Of a DNA stretch of 64,000 bases, positions 37,670-48,467 are shown piece by piece. Below the pieces are notes generated by a model. The model worked only from the letters and a program-made list of their open reading frames with translations. It had not been told where the DNA came from and did no database searches. Within the stretch, counting starts at the first letter, position 1, and each line of letters opens with the position of its first letter. The stretch spans positions 124,001 through 188,000 of the forward strand of contig CDROCS010003952.1 in the NCBI GenBank assembly GCA_977020255.1, given 5' to 3'. Made by a program: the position numbers and the translations under genes. Source of the stretch: Obrimoposthia wandeli. Its lineage: Eukaryota.

Positions 37670-38641
37670 ATGTTCGATAGTCAAGCTTGTTTATCTCGCT
37701 CACCGCAGAGTATGATTAATTTGGATAAGTGGCAGCAAACAGTGGATCTTATTGCTGAATTATTTGATTCGGCATGCGGTACGATAGTTCAGTTACGTCA
37801 AAATGAGTTTAACGTCGTTGTAGCCAGCAAAAACGAAAGTAACTTTCTTTCTAAAAATGATACTTGGGCATGGGATGTCGATAGCTTTTGTCGAAAAATA
37901 ATCGAAACCCAGCAAGGGGTAGATGTTCAAAATACACTATCAGATCCTTATTGGAAAGTGTCGCCGCCAGTCGTTGACGGTAAAATAGGCTCTTACTGTG
38001 GTTTGCCAATATTTTGGCCTTGCGGTGAATTGTTCGGCACGATTTGTATCATAGATACCAAAACAACAGATCATTCACCAGTCTTGATTAAATTACTTGA
38101 ACAGTGCTGCCGATTAATCACTGCTGACTTAAAAATGTTAAGAGATTACGAATCGATTCGCGAATTGGCATTAACGGATGAATTGACGGGAATTAACAAC
38201 CGCAGAGGTTTATCTATTCTTGGTGATCAGCGTATTAAAGATGCTCGACGTGCAAAGGAAATCATCGGTTTGGTTTATCTTGATATTGATCATCTTAAAA
38301 AGATCAATGATAAACAGGGGCACCAGATCGGTGATCAATGTATTGCAGTATTAGGGAAGGTTCTGAAAGCGGGCTGCCGTGAAAGTGATATTATTGCCCG
38401 TATCGGTGGCGATGAATTTATTATCATGACATCCTTTGCTGATGATGAACATCACTTGGAAAAACTCTCATTGCGTGTATTGGGCGGTTATAATAGTGCG
38501 GTGTCAGAATTCGATACAAATGAAATAACATCGCTTAGTTATGGTTATCGAGCCTTCCATCATGAGCACCTGCCGATACTTGAAGAGATGATTGCACAAA
38601 CAGATCAAGTTATGTATCGAAATAAAAACAGTAAACGTTAA
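37670..38641 (+). CDS. GAF-GGDEF diguanylate cyclase
   Basis: GAF (SYCGLPIFWPCGELFGTICIID), DELTGINNRRG, I-site RESD five residues before GGDEF; start ATG 37670 after AGGAAAG. Confidence 0.93.
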   Translation: MFDSQACLSRSPQSMINLDKWQQTVDLIAELFDSACGTIVQLRQNEFNVVVASKNESNFLSKNDTWAWDVDSFCRKIIETQQGVDVQNTLSDPYWKVSPPVVDGKIGSYCGLPIFWPCGELFGTICIIDTKTTDHSPVLIKLLEQCCRLITADLKMLRDYESIRELALTDELTGINNRRGLSILGDQRIKDARRAKEIIGLVYLDIDHLKKINDKQGHQIGDQCIAVLGKVLKAGCRESDIIARIGGDEFIIMTSFADDEHHLEKLSLRVLGGYNSAVSEFDTNEITSLSYGYRAFHHEHLPILEEMIAQTDQVMYRNKNSKR

Positions 38642-38768
38642 ATTACCCCGCGAGCCTTGCTTCGTGTTAGAATGCACGCCAATATCCAACTGTTACTTAT
38701 TCCAACCTTAACAGTTTATTACCTATTGAAGTTTATTTTACCTATTTATCAAATACCTGAGATTAAAA

Positions 38769-39980
38769 ATGCCATTTTCTAAGTTTGGATTAAACAAATT
38801 AATTACACAAGCGGTAGCGGAACAAGGCTATACGCAACCAACTCCAATTCAACAAAAAGCAATACCGGCTATTTTATCGGGTAAAAACCTGATCGCAGCT
38901 GCGCAAACAGGCACAGGTAAAACAGCAAGTTTTGTATTACCACTATTACAAATGTTCAGCCACAAGCATACATTACGTGGTAAACGTATTCGTGCGCTGA
39001 TCTTAACACCTACACGTGAACTAGCGGTTCAGGTAGCTGAAAATGTTGAACAATACGGTCGTCATTTACACCTTACATCAATGGCGATGTACGGTGGTGT
39101 TGACATAGATCCACAGAAACAACGTCTAATCGAAGGCGTTGATATTCTGGTTGCGACGCCAGGTCGTTTATTAGATATGATCCATCAACGTGCACTTCAT
39201 TTTGATGAACTAGAAGTATTAGTTATTGATGAAGCGGACAGAATGTTAGACATGGGTTTTGTTAACGACATCAACAAAATCATCGAGCGTTTACCACAAG
39301 AACGTCAAAACTTATTGTTCTCGGCAACGTTATCGAACAAAGTACGTTTCTTAGCAAAAACTGCTATTAACTACGCACTGGAAATCTCGATTGAACCAGA
39401 AAACACAACTGCGCCAGAAATTGATCAATGGTTAACAGTGGTTGATAAAGATGTTAAATCTGCATTGCTTAGCCATATGATTCTTGAAAATGACTGGAAG
39501 CAAGCGTTGATCTTTATTGAGACTAAACGTGGCGCGGCTAAATTAGTTGCCCAGCTTGAAAAACGCGGTATCAAAGCGGAATCATTCCACAGTGGTCGTA
39601 GTCAAGCGATGCGTGAGCAGTTACTTGCAGAATTTAAATCCGGTGAGCTAGGCCTACTTGTTGCAACTGGTGTTGCTTCTCGTGGTATTGATATTGATGA
39701 TTTAGATCGTGTAGTTAACTACGATCTACCTGAAGAAGCCGCTGATTATGTTCACCGTATTGGTCGTACTGGCCGTGCTGGTGCAACGGGTGAAGCTATT
39801 TCACTGGTATCTCGTGATGATTTCCGTAGCTTATGTGCTATCGAACAATTGCTAGAGCACGTTATTGAACGTAAAGAAGTGGAAGGTTTTGAAGCGAAAG
39901 TGGGTATCCCTGATTCTATCTTAGGTTATGTACCAAAACGTTCACAGCCACCACGTCGTCGCCGTCCAGTTAAAAAATAA
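38769..39980 (+). CDS. DEAD-box RNA helicase (RhlE-like)
   Basis: Q motif PTPIQ, AQTGTGKT, PTRELA, DEAD, SAT, HRIGRTGR. Confidence 0.96.
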   Translation: MPFSKFGLNKLITQAVAEQGYTQPTPIQQKAIPAILSGKNLIAAAQTGTGKTASFVLPLLQMFSHKHTLRGKRIRALILTPTRELAVQVAENVEQYGRHLHLTSMAMYGGVDIDPQKQRLIEGVDILVATPGRLLDMIHQRALHFDELEVLVIDEADRMLDMGFVNDINKIIERLPQERQNLLFSATLSNKVRFLAKTAINYALEISIEPENTTAPEIDQWLTVVDKDVKSALLSHMILENDWKQALIFIETKRGAAKLVAQLEKRGIKAESFHSGRSQAMREQLLAEFKSGELGLLVATGVASRGIDIDDLDRVVNYDLPEEAADYVHRIGRTGRAGATGEAISLVSRDDFRSLCAIEQLLEHVIERKEVEGFEAKVGIPDSILGYVPKRSQPPRRRRPVKK

Positions 39981-40026
39981 CGGTTAGGCTTCTGTAGTAT
40001 AAAAATGCAGTATAAAAAGATAGTAT

Positions 40027-40064
40027 AAAAATACCGCTCACTTTATGGTGAGCGGTATTTTTTT
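40027..40064. terminator. Bidirectional intrinsic terminator
   Basis: AAAAATACCGCTCAC-tttatg-GTGAGCGGTATTTTTTT between convergent genes. Confidence 0.9.
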
Positions 40065-40112
40065 ATCTCAAGATTTATTTTTCATCAAGCCATTAGCCAC
40101 TATGTAGTCATG

Positions 40113-40589
40113 CTACTGAGCTATTGTAGAAAGCCCCTGTAAAATATCCTCATCTAAAATACCTTCTTTAGTGACATTTAATGGAATAAAGCCTTGCGGA
40201 TCTATGGTTGTTTTAAGCTGATACTTGATCCCTTCACCTGACTGTTGATTTAAGGATGTGAGGACTTTGAATATATAAAATAAATTGACGTTGGTTTGTA
40301 CTTCGATTGGCGTTTCACTGTAGGCTTTTAGTGTCGGTATCTGATTTGATACACCTGACAGTACTTTTTTATCTGCGACAGTAAGTTGTAAACTGAGCCC
40401 CTCAATATCTAAGTCTTGTGCATTGGGGTTTGAGACTAACAAGTGCACGTTAAAACGGGGCGATAACCCAGATGACGGTATCGATTCTATCTTAATTAAA
40501 CTCACGTCCAGATCGCGTAAATTTTGTATGTTAGTACACCCGCTCAGTACCAAAGCACATACCATCACAAGACTCTTCCAAGTTGACAT
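40113..40589 (-). CDS. LEA type-2 (WHy) lipoprotein
   Basis: Start MSTWKSLVMVCALVLSGC (lipobox), LLVSNPNAQDL motif; the longer upstream ORF-track start looks spurious. Confidence 0.82.
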   Translation of the reverse strand: MSTWKSLVMVCALVLSGCTNIQNLRDLDVSLIKIESIPSSGLSPRFNVHLLVSNPNAQDLDIEGLSLQLTVADKKVLSGVSNQIPTLKAYSETPIEVQTNVNLFYIFKVLTSLNQQSGEGIKYQLKTTIDPQGFIPLNVTKEGILDEDILQGLSTIAQ

Positions 40590-40833
40590 ACTGCCTACCT
40601 TCTTAAATTTAATAATCAATAATGATAGCAAAGAATCGCAGTGTGTTCTTATATCATTCATTAACAAGGACAGCATTGCTGTGCGATTTGGTTTTCTGCT
40701 ACTTGGTGCTTTGTTTATTGGTATAGTATTTATTGGTGCAGTATTAATTGGTCTGTTGCCGACGTAAAGCCTATTCTTAAACGGACGGTGGTATTTTGCC
40801 ATCTATATCGCCACGATTACTGTTTGCCAAGGA

Positions 40834-41526
40834 GTGCATTTGTCATTAACCATCGAATCTCTGAGTCACCAAATAACCGACGGCCATGGTCAGCGACAAT
40901 TACTGTCAGATGTCAGCTTAGCAGTGGGAGCTGGCGAATGTATTGGCCTAATGGGTGACAGTGGCAGTGGAAAAACGACCTTACTTAACCTTATTGCCGG
41001 ACTTGAGCCGATACAGCAAGGCCAGATCACGCTTGCGGGCGTGCTAATGGCGCAAGCGAATGACAAGCAACTGAGTGAGCTGCGAAAGCAAAAGCTGGGG
41101 ATCATTTTTCAACAGTATAATTTATTGTCTAGTTTGTCGGTACAGGACAACATAGCTTTTAGTGCCAAACTAGCTGGACGTTATGATGCTGACTTGTGCC
41201 GTGAATTAGCCCAACAGTTGGAGATTGAATCCTTATTAACGCAGTACCCACAAACCCTTTCTGGTGGTGAATTACAACGCGTCGCAATTGCCAGAGCGAT
41301 GAGCGCGCAACCTAAACTATTACTGGCAGATGAACCAACCGGTAATCTTGATGACAATAACAGTCACCGTGTGGTGGCATTGTTGATGAAGTTAGTAAAG
41401 TCGCACGATACCGCACTGGTACTTGTCACCCATAGCGTTCATGTCGCGGCGACAATGGATAAGCGTTATCAATTAGCGAATGGTCAGCTAACCTTAGTTA
41501 ATCAGAGTCCAAAGAGGGACGGTTAA
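40834..41526 (+). CDS. ABC transporter ATP-binding subunit (LolD/MacB-like, AttE-like)
   Basis: GDSGSGKT, LSGGELQR, LLADEPTGNLD, VTH. Confidence 0.95.
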   Translation: MHLSLTIESLSHQITDGHGQRQLLSDVSLAVGAGECIGLMGDSGSGKTTLLNLIAGLEPIQQGQITLAGVLMAQANDKQLSELRKQKLGIIFQQYNLLSSLSVQDNIAFSAKLAGRYDADLCRELAQQLEIESLLTQYPQTLSGGELQRVAIARAMSAQPKLLLADEPTGNLDDNNSHRVVALLMKLVKSHDTALVLVTHSVHVAATMDKRYQLANGQLTLVNQSPKRDG

Positions 41527-44007
41527 GTGACGGAACACCATATTATTCATTTTCTTCGATGTTTCTTTAGCAGACCAGGTCGGCAAGAACTTTGGTTGGT
41601 ATTACAAACCCAAATGGCAGAATATAAGCAGCATCGCTTATTACATTTGGGTTTTATCTTCAGCTTAGCTATCGCCACCAGTACCTTGTTATGTATTCTG
41701 GTGTTAAATCATGCGAGTAAACAACAATATCAACAAGCTAATACCCAGTTAACCAGTCCGGTCGGCTTTTATATCGTTGCCGAGCAGGGGGGGCGAGTGA
41801 CTAAAAGTGATTTTTCGGACTTGCGCAGACAAGGATTTACGCAAATTACGCCGGTATTAACGTTCCGAAAACACCTGAAGAATGGCAAACGGCTGAAGTT
41901 TGTGGCGATTGATATGCTGGCGCTGAGCATTGCCAACCCCGCGCAATATAATCACCAAACGGTGTTACTTACTCAAGCCCACTTGGCGTCACTGACAGCT
42001 GACAGTGACATTAACCTAGACTTTAATACAGATGAGAGTGCCGATAAGAGTGCAGTTCTTACCTTAGCGGACAACACCACTATCCCTATCGCTTTAACAA
42101 CGAGTGAGGAATGGGGCAAAGTCGCATTGCTTGATATTGGACTCGCTTGGCAGTTATTTCCCCAGCAGATTGATTTTAGTGCATTAATGGTATCGCCATT
42201 GCTTGCATCATCTGCAACATCATCGATAGCACAACAAAAAGAAGCGTTAGAGGCGGCATTGCCTGCGCATTTATCTCTCAACGAGCCTTGGTCATATCAA
42301 GAACGCAGTGGCTTTGCCGATGCGCTACACCTAAATTTAATGGCATTAGCGTCATTAGGATTTGTTGTGAGCATGTTTATTGCGTTTCAGGCAGGAGAGC
42401 AAGCATGGTATAAACGTGCAGAACTAGCGATGCAATTACGTTTGTTAGGGGTCACGCTACAGACGATTAAAATGGCGATGTTACTGGAAGCTTTATGGCT
42501 GATACTGATTGCCAGTATTGTCGGTATTTTAATTGCCTTCGCCTTGGTGACAGTGTTGTTACCCTTGCTGGGATTAACGTTTAGTCAGTTGTATTCACTT
42601 AATATGAGTGGTCATTTTACTTGGCAATGGCAATACGCGTTATGGGCTGTGATTATTTCATCGGTTGCGGTATTGCTGGCATTAACTAAGCAGTTCAAGC
42701 GCATTAGTACTGCATATATCGCGCGTTCAGACAACGCAGTATCAGAACGGTTTCCTCGATTTATAACCCTGATCTTAGCCGTTGGGTTATTGTTGTTATT
42801 TGGCTGGTGGCCGAGTCATGACTGGTATCAAATCATGTTCAAGTACGGTTTGTTATTGAGCGCCAGTGTCGCGCTGTTACCGCATTTTTTACAAGGATTG
42901 CTATGGCTCTGTGGAGCTTGGGCTAAGTCTTTTCGAATTAACTACATTTTTAAAGATGCCAGTAACCAGATTGGACGGCGTTATTTACCCTTGGCGGCTT
43001 TCTATCTGGCACTTACCACCAGTATTGCTGCCGCCTTAATGGTACATAGTTTTGAGCGGGCGTTTGTGCGCTTTCTCGATCAACAACTAAGTGCAGATTT
43101 GTTGATCCGTTATCATAATGGCCAAAAACAGCAGGTAGAAGATTGGCTGCAGCATAATGCTGACATTGACGAATATGTGCAGCATCAACATTCCTGGGCG
43201 AAAAGTGCCGATGATTCGGTTAAAATTTTCGGTTATCAATCCCCACGGCAGCTTACCTCACTACTGTTAAAATCGTCATCAACTAACACTTCCCACGGTT
43301 GTTTCATTAACGAGCAGCTGGCGTTGAAACGACAAGTGACGGTAGATCAAGCCATCATCATTCGCCAAGGCGATAATCAATATAGCTGTGATATCCAAGG
43401 TATTTACTATGAATACGGTTATCCGGGATTCTCACTGACGTTAGGGGCACAGCAAGCCAATCCGCAATTTAGTGGTTGGGTTTATGGTGGTTTTGGAGTG
43501 TATTTTAACCCTGATACCGTTATCGATAAGCAAGCGGTGAGTATTGCATTGGGCTTAACAGATGAACAAATATACCAAGCGTCACAAGTTAAAAAATTAG
43601 CACTAAAGATATTTTCGCAGACCTTTGTGCTGACGCAACTGATCGCGGTTATCTTGTTGGTGATCGCGTGTTTTGGTCTGTTTTTATCGGCGAATGGGTT
43701 AGAGCTAGCGCGTAAAGCAGATTTATATATCCTTTGCAGTTTGGGTTATAGCAAGAGGGAGTTGTTTGTTCATATGTTGATGCAATGGCTGTTACTTGCA
43801 GGTGGTTGTGTGCTCTTAAGTTGGCCAATCGCGACAATACTGGCTGATGCCTTGGTGAGTCAGGCTTTACCGGCTTCGTTTGGTTGGTCGATGCCGCTGA
43901 TATTCAATGTTGGCTCTTTTGCCGTTAGCAGTATATTCGGATTGTTATTTTTGATACCAGCGTTAAGTATCCCGCTGTATAAACTGAACTTAAGGCGGCG
44001 CAGATGA
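41527..44007 (+). CDS. FtsX/MacB-type ABC permease, duplicated (AttF/G-like)
   Basis: Two repeats of TM-periplasmic domain-3TM with R..ELA..RLLG and RKADLYILCSLG motifs. Confidence 0.85.
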   Translation: MTEHHIIHFLRCFFSRPGRQELWLVLQTQMAEYKQHRLLHLGFIFSLAIATSTLLCILVLNHASKQQYQQANTQLTSPVGFYIVAEQGGRVTKSDFSDLRRQGFTQITPVLTFRKHLKNGKRLKFVAIDMLALSIANPAQYNHQTVLLTQAHLASLTADSDINLDFNTDESADKSAVLTLADNTTIPIALTTSEEWGKVALLDIGLAWQLFPQQIDFSALMVSPLLASSATSSIAQQKEALEAALPAHLSLNEPWSYQERSGFADALHLNLMALASLGFVVSMFIAFQAGEQAWYKRAELAMQLRLLGVTLQTIKMAMLLEALWLILIASIVGILIAFALVTVLLPLLGLTFSQLYSLNMSGHFTWQWQYALWAVIISSVAVLLALTKQFKRISTAYIARSDNAVSERFPRFITLILAVGLLLLFGWWPSHDWYQIMFKYGLLLSASVALLPHFLQGLLWLCGAWAKSFRINYIFKDASNQIGRRYLPLAAFYLALTTSIAAALMVHSFERAFVRFLDQQLSADLLIRYHNGQKQQVEDWLQHNADIDEYVQHQHSWAKSADDSVKIFGYQSPRQLTSLLLKSSSTNTSHGCFINEQLALKRQVTVDQAIIIRQGDNQYSCDIQGIYYEYGYPGFSLTLGAQQANPQFSGWVYGGFGVYFNPDTVIDKQAVSIALGLTDEQIYQASQVKKLALKIFSQTFVLTQLIAVILLVIACFGLFLSANGLELARKADLYILCSLGYSKRELFVHMLMQWLLLAGGCVLLSWPIATILADALVSQALPASFGWSMPLIFNVGSFAVSSIFGLLFLIPALSIPLYKLNLRRRR

Positions 44008-45128
44008 AGTCTCGTAAACGTGTAATACTTTTTGTGTGTTTTACATTGTTAGCACTCTTATTCGTGTTTGTATTTGTATTATTGCCGAATGAAAAACCAA
44101 GTGAAAACCCGGTTGAATTAACGCCAAACCAGCTTAAATACCAAGAGACTGAAGAGCAGCAATATACCCAAGCGTCAGCAGGATATAAGATTGATTTTCC
44201 ACAAGCCCATTCGCCGCATAAAGATTTTCGCCATGAGTGGTGGTATTTAACCGCAAATCTAAAGAGCGATACTGGAATACAGTTTGCTACGCAGTGGACG
44301 TTATTCCGTACTTCGGTGGGTCAAGCGCAGTGGTACTTTGCCCATGCAGCACTGGCGGATACGAACGACCATCTTGCGGAATTTCGACATGGTCGCGAAG
44401 AATTCGGCAATGTCACTATTACCTCAGAACCTTTTAGCGCAGCTATCGATGATTGGTTATGGCAGTCGTCGACGGCGCTATTACCTTCAAAACTGTTACC
44501 AGCGCAACTCAGTTATGGTTCTGCGCGTACAGATGATGCCGCGTGGCAGGCCAAATTATCGTTACAGACAACGAGTCCCTTCTTTTTGCAAGGTGAGCAG
44601 GGCTATAGTCAAAAACATCAGCGCGAAGCGAACGCTAGCCACTATTATTCTCAACCCTTCATTGATGTAAAAGGTGAAGTATTATGGCAGGGACAATGGT
44701 TGAATGTGACGGGTTCTGCTTGGTTTGACCGCGAATGGGGCTCGGCAATGCTGGCAGATGATCAACAGGGATGGGATTGGTTTTCGCTGCGTTTATCATC
44801 CGATAAGGCCTTGATGATTTACCGTATTCGTTCGTCTGAACTGGATTTTGTTTATGGCAGTTTGATGTACAGTGATGGCCGTATTGAAATTCTTGATACG
44901 AATGATATTAAGTTGGTTAGCCATGTTAGCGATACGCTAGATTATCCCTATGCGTTTGACTTGCAGGTGCAAAAACAAAGTATCGGTTTGAATGTTGATG
45001 TACGTGTCACGGTCATTAATCAACAGCAGATCATGCGTTTTGGGATTGAATATTTTGAGGGCATGGTGAGCTTTAAGGGGACTCATGTCGGAGAAGGGTT
45101 TGTGGAAATGACGGGTTATAGTCCATGA
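44004..45128 (+). CDS. AttH/CrtC-like lipocalin-fold protein
   Basis: N-terminal anchor, EWWYLTANL, SHYYSQP, WFDREW, GWDWFSL, YFEG...EMTGY. Confidence 0.85.
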   Translation: MKSRKRVILFVCFTLLALLFVFVFVLLPNEKPSENPVELTPNQLKYQETEEQQYTQASAGYKIDFPQAHSPHKDFRHEWWYLTANLKSDTGIQFATQWTLFRTSVGQAQWYFAHAALADTNDHLAEFRHGREEFGNVTITSEPFSAAIDDWLWQSSTALLPSKLLPAQLSYGSARTDDAAWQAKLSLQTTSPFFLQGEQGYSQKHQREANASHYYSQPFIDVKGEVLWQGQWLNVTGSAWFDREWGSAMLADDQQGWDWFSLRLSSDKALMIYRIRSSELDFVYGSLMYSDGRIEILDTNDIKLVSHVSDTLDYPYAFDLQVQKQSIGLNVDVRVTVINQQQIMRFGIEYFEGMVSFKGTHVGEGFVEMTGYSP

Positions 45129-45349
45129 AGTTGGGTTATATCGTTAACATAGCGATAGTAAAGTGTACTAATGCATAAGCTTTGCAAAAAAAGTATTAAT
45201 TTGTCACAAAATAGTCAGGTTTGTTTTGTATCTGAAATTAATATCAATACAATCAGTCAATTTAAAGTATAACCTTGTTTTCCAATTGATTAAACGTGAA
45301 TGCGTATTGGCAAGCAATATCATTATTCAAGGATATTAAGGACGAAACT

Positions 45350-46204
45350 ATGGACGAAATCGCGTTACAAGAAGATCTACAGCAAGAACTGGATCAACTG
45401 CAGGGTGTGTACACCATGATCACTGAGTTTTTGGTGCAATACAGTTTCCAGATTTTTGGTGCGATAATTATCTTCATCATCGGCTTATGGCTGGCCGGTA
45501 AAATGCAACGCATTATTGCTGCCCAGTGTATAAAGCATGATGTTGATGTCACCCTAAGCGGATTTATTTCCAACGTTGTGCGCTTACTCGTCATTGTGAT
45601 GGTCGCGGTTATCGCGCTGGGCAAACTCGGGATAAGTGTAGCGCCGTTCGTTGCTGCCGTCGGTGCCTTGGCATTAGGTGCTGGTTTCGCCCTACAGGGT
45701 ATGTTGTCAAACTATGCCGCAGGTTTTACCATTATTCTAACCCGTCCATTTGTGGTGGGTAATACGGTTAAAATTGAGGGTGTTGTCGGTGTGGTTAAAG
45801 AGATCACACTTGGGATGACGATTCTCACTAATGAAGAGGGTGAGCAGATTAGTATTCCCAACAAGCATATCGTTGGTGAAGTTCTGCATAATTCCTTCGA
45901 GTACATGTTAGTGGAAACCACCATAGGTATTAGTTACAGCGACGATCCAGAACTGGCCATTGCCACCTTGAGTACTGCGCTGGCGAGTATAGAAGCGGTA
46001 GCCAAAGATCGTGCTGCACAAATCGGTATTGAAGCCTTTGGCGATAGCTCAGTCAATTTGGGTGTACGTTTCTGGGTGCCAACGCAAAGCTATTATGAAG
46101 TGAAATACAGCGCGAATCTGAAAATGTTTCAGGCACTTAAACAAGACGGTATTACGATACCCTTTCCGCAACGTGAAGTTCGGGTATTGTCAAAAACGGC
46201 CTAA
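45350..46204 (+). CDS. mscS: Small-conductance mechanosensitive channel
   Basis: GALALGAGFALQGMLSNYAAG, RPFVVG, IPNK, ITIPFPQREV. Confidence 0.92.
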   Translation: MDEIALQEDLQQELDQLQGVYTMITEFLVQYSFQIFGAIIIFIIGLWLAGKMQRIIAAQCIKHDVDVTLSGFISNVVRLLVIVMVAVIALGKLGISVAPFVAAVGALALGAGFALQGMLSNYAAGFTIILTRPFVVGNTVKIEGVVGVVKEITLGMTILTNEEGEQISIPNKHIVGEVLHNSFEYMLVETTIGISYSDDPELAIATLSTALASIEAVAKDRAAQIGIEAFGDSSVNLGVRFWVPTQSYYEVKYSANLKMFQALKQDGITIPFPQREVRVLSKTA

Positions 46205-46372
46205 GCACAACAGCGATGATCGTATTTTGATTACTTAATGTGAGCGTTATGCTCAAAGGAGAATCGGCGTCGTGCAGGCGATAGCCATTCTTCATTTGGG
46301 CGGAGAACAAGGCCATTGCAGTAAACTAGTCGCAATGGACTGGTAACAATGGCCAGGTCGGAGCGCAGGCTA

Positions 46373-47482
46373 TTAGCTTTTTAATATCTGCAGTGGTAGA
46401 GAAAGTAACTCATCACCCATACCGGCAAAGTACCAGATCACACCAATTAGCGCGCCAACTGTTGCTACATACCAGATAGCGGAAAACAGCTGTCCGTATT
46501 TGTCGAGAGGTAACAGATGGCTCTGGTGACGGCTACGCCATTCAAATACGATCTCGACGCTACCAATTAACAGCATGAAGCCAAGTAAGGCTAGGCCTAA
46601 GCTATAGCTGATAAATATCCCCGCCACTGCACCAGCGATACAAGCAACCAGACCGACAATACTGTTCATCGAAAAGCTAATACTTTTGAGTATGTGGCCA
46701 CCATCGAGTGGTAAAATCGGCAGCAGGTTAAAGAGATTCAGCAACGCGTTAAAACTGGCCAGTCCGGCAAAGAATATCTCACCTGTGATCCAGTAAGCGA
46801 CAAGAGATAACAGCGACATGATCAAGCCAAAGGTAGGACCCATGATCGAGATCACCACATCTTGCCAGCGGGTATTAATCTTATCATCGCCTAATGCTAA
46901 CCCGCCCATAAATGGGATCAGGTAAATGCCTTTGGTCTTCATACCAAAATATTTCATGGCTTTAACATGGCCGAATTCATGAAACACCAGACAAGCAATT
47001 AAGGCAAGGGCAAACTGCCATGAAAATAGCCATGAATAAGCGGCCAGACTGGCGCCTGCTAGCACTACCTTAATAACCTTGGCACTCTTCAATAACTTTA
47101 ACGCCAGCGAGCCTAAGCCAATTAAGCTAAATTTTTTCTTTACGGCAACTGGATGTTGAGGGGTTTGTCGTTCAATATCCTTGGTATCACGCTGGCCTTG
47201 GGTAATTACCTGTTCATTAACGTACAAGGTATAGTCTATTTTGAAAGGTTGCCAGAGCAGCTCGGTGGTGAGCTTGATGAGAATACTGGCTGGTGGCTGT
47301 TCTGCTAGCGCATCATCGTGGTGCTGGCTGAGTTCAAATTCATGGGTTTTACTGCCTTCATTGTCACTAGAGGCGTTGATCACTGACACGAGATTATCGT
47401 CCCAAAATACTTGCTGCCAGCCTGCTAGTGAGCCTTCTAGGCGCAAATTTTTGCCAAGGCAGTCAATGTTTAATAATTCCAA
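46373..47482 (-). CDS. Site-2 protease (M50) family membrane metalloprotease
   Basis: HEFGH zinc motif, GPTFG, NLLPILPLDGG; soluble N-terminal domain. Confidence 0.9.
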   Translation of the reverse strand: MELLNIDCLGKNLRLEGSLAGWQQVFWDDNLVSVINASSDNEGSKTHEFELSQHHDDALAEQPPASILIKLTTELLWQPFKIDYTLYVNEQVITQGQRDTKDIERQTPQHPVAVKKKFSLIGLGSLALKLLKSAKVIKVVLAGASLAAYSWLFSWQFALALIACLVFHEFGHVKAMKYFGMKTKGIYLIPFMGGLALGDDKINTRWQDVVISIMGPTFGLIMSLLSLVAYWITGEIFFAGLASFNALLNLFNLLPILPLDGGHILKSISFSMNSIVGLVACIAGAVAGIFISYSLGLALLGFMLLIGSVEIVFEWRSRHQSHLLPLDKYGQLFSAIWYVATVGALIGVIWYFAGMGDELLSLPLQILKS

Positions 47483-47906
47483 GTTAAGCCTTTATATTTA
47501 TGCAGCAGTGATGCCGAGTAATAGTGTAAAAGAGAAATCGTGTAATAAATAAAAGTGTAATCGAGAGTAAGTTACTGTCGTTAAAGCGTGTTTACCGATG
47601 GCAGATTATAGCAAAAAATATAGCAAAAAGTATGACAAAGAGAAAAACGCGATGGCAGTGATGAGCGTGTTCGATAATATCTTGAATAATGTTTAGTTTA
47701 TGTGGCGCTCACAAATATCATAAATAGCGGTACTGTAATAGGTCATTATGGATGCTAATAAGGCAAAACATGATGTATCTATCATTTAATTACAATACAA
47801 AGAGTAGGGTGGACAAATCCTAACTTCTTGCGCTCTGCGGAGAAGTTATTTAATGGGTATTTATTGATGATTTATTGATTATCCCCCCTCAGATTAGAGA
47901 GATATT

Positions 47907-48284
47907 ATGAAGCAAGTAAATGTTTTCCATCCATTTTTGTTTTCAACTTTCAAACGCGACCATAGCTTAATGCTAAGTGATTTAAAATGGAAAGCTTTTG
48001 AATCTCATGACTTTTTAGGCGATGGTGAAGATTGGGCGTTGGTGTTAGAAAATATGCTTTCAGAAAAGAACCCAAGCTTATTAGAAAAACTAACTTTTGG
48101 TGATGAAACACTGATGTTTACCATTCACAGTGAAGACCGAGATGCATTGCATACAATTGCTGAAATGGTCTGTGAATTTTATGATAATGAAGAATTATTA
48201 GATGCGTGTATCACCCGTTATGCTCAGTATGAATTTGAACCAGAGCTAGTAGCCGCACCTGAACTAGCAAGTAAATCCGGCTAA
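47907..48284 (+). CDS. Imm51-like immunity protein (orphan)
   Basis: PF...SLML...FLGDGEDWAL...LTFGDETLMF...D.ELL pattern resembles Imm51 (G.GYDW, FD.E..MF). Confidence 0.6.
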   Translation: MKQVNVFHPFLFSTFKRDHSLMLSDLKWKAFESHDFLGDGEDWALVLENMLSEKNPSLLEKLTFGDETLMFTIHSEDRDALHTIAEMVCEFYDNEELLDACITRYAQYEFEPELVAAPELASKSG

Positions 48285-48467
48285 TACTTTCGACGCATTT
48301 GATTTAAGCGCTAATTGCAATTTAGACATACTTTCAATGTAACCCTGTTTTTAATTTAGTCCTATTTTCAATTTAGTTATATTTTTAGTATTTAGTTATG
48401 TTTTCAGTAATACGCATTTTCCCGTCTCAAGCGCCAGTCATTTATGCCTATCATTGAGTCAGTTGAA

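Noticed and set aside
37670-38641. GAF-GGDEF cyclase as the dedicated regulator of the tad operon
   Set aside because: Separated from the operon by the GTPase pair; only proximity supports it.
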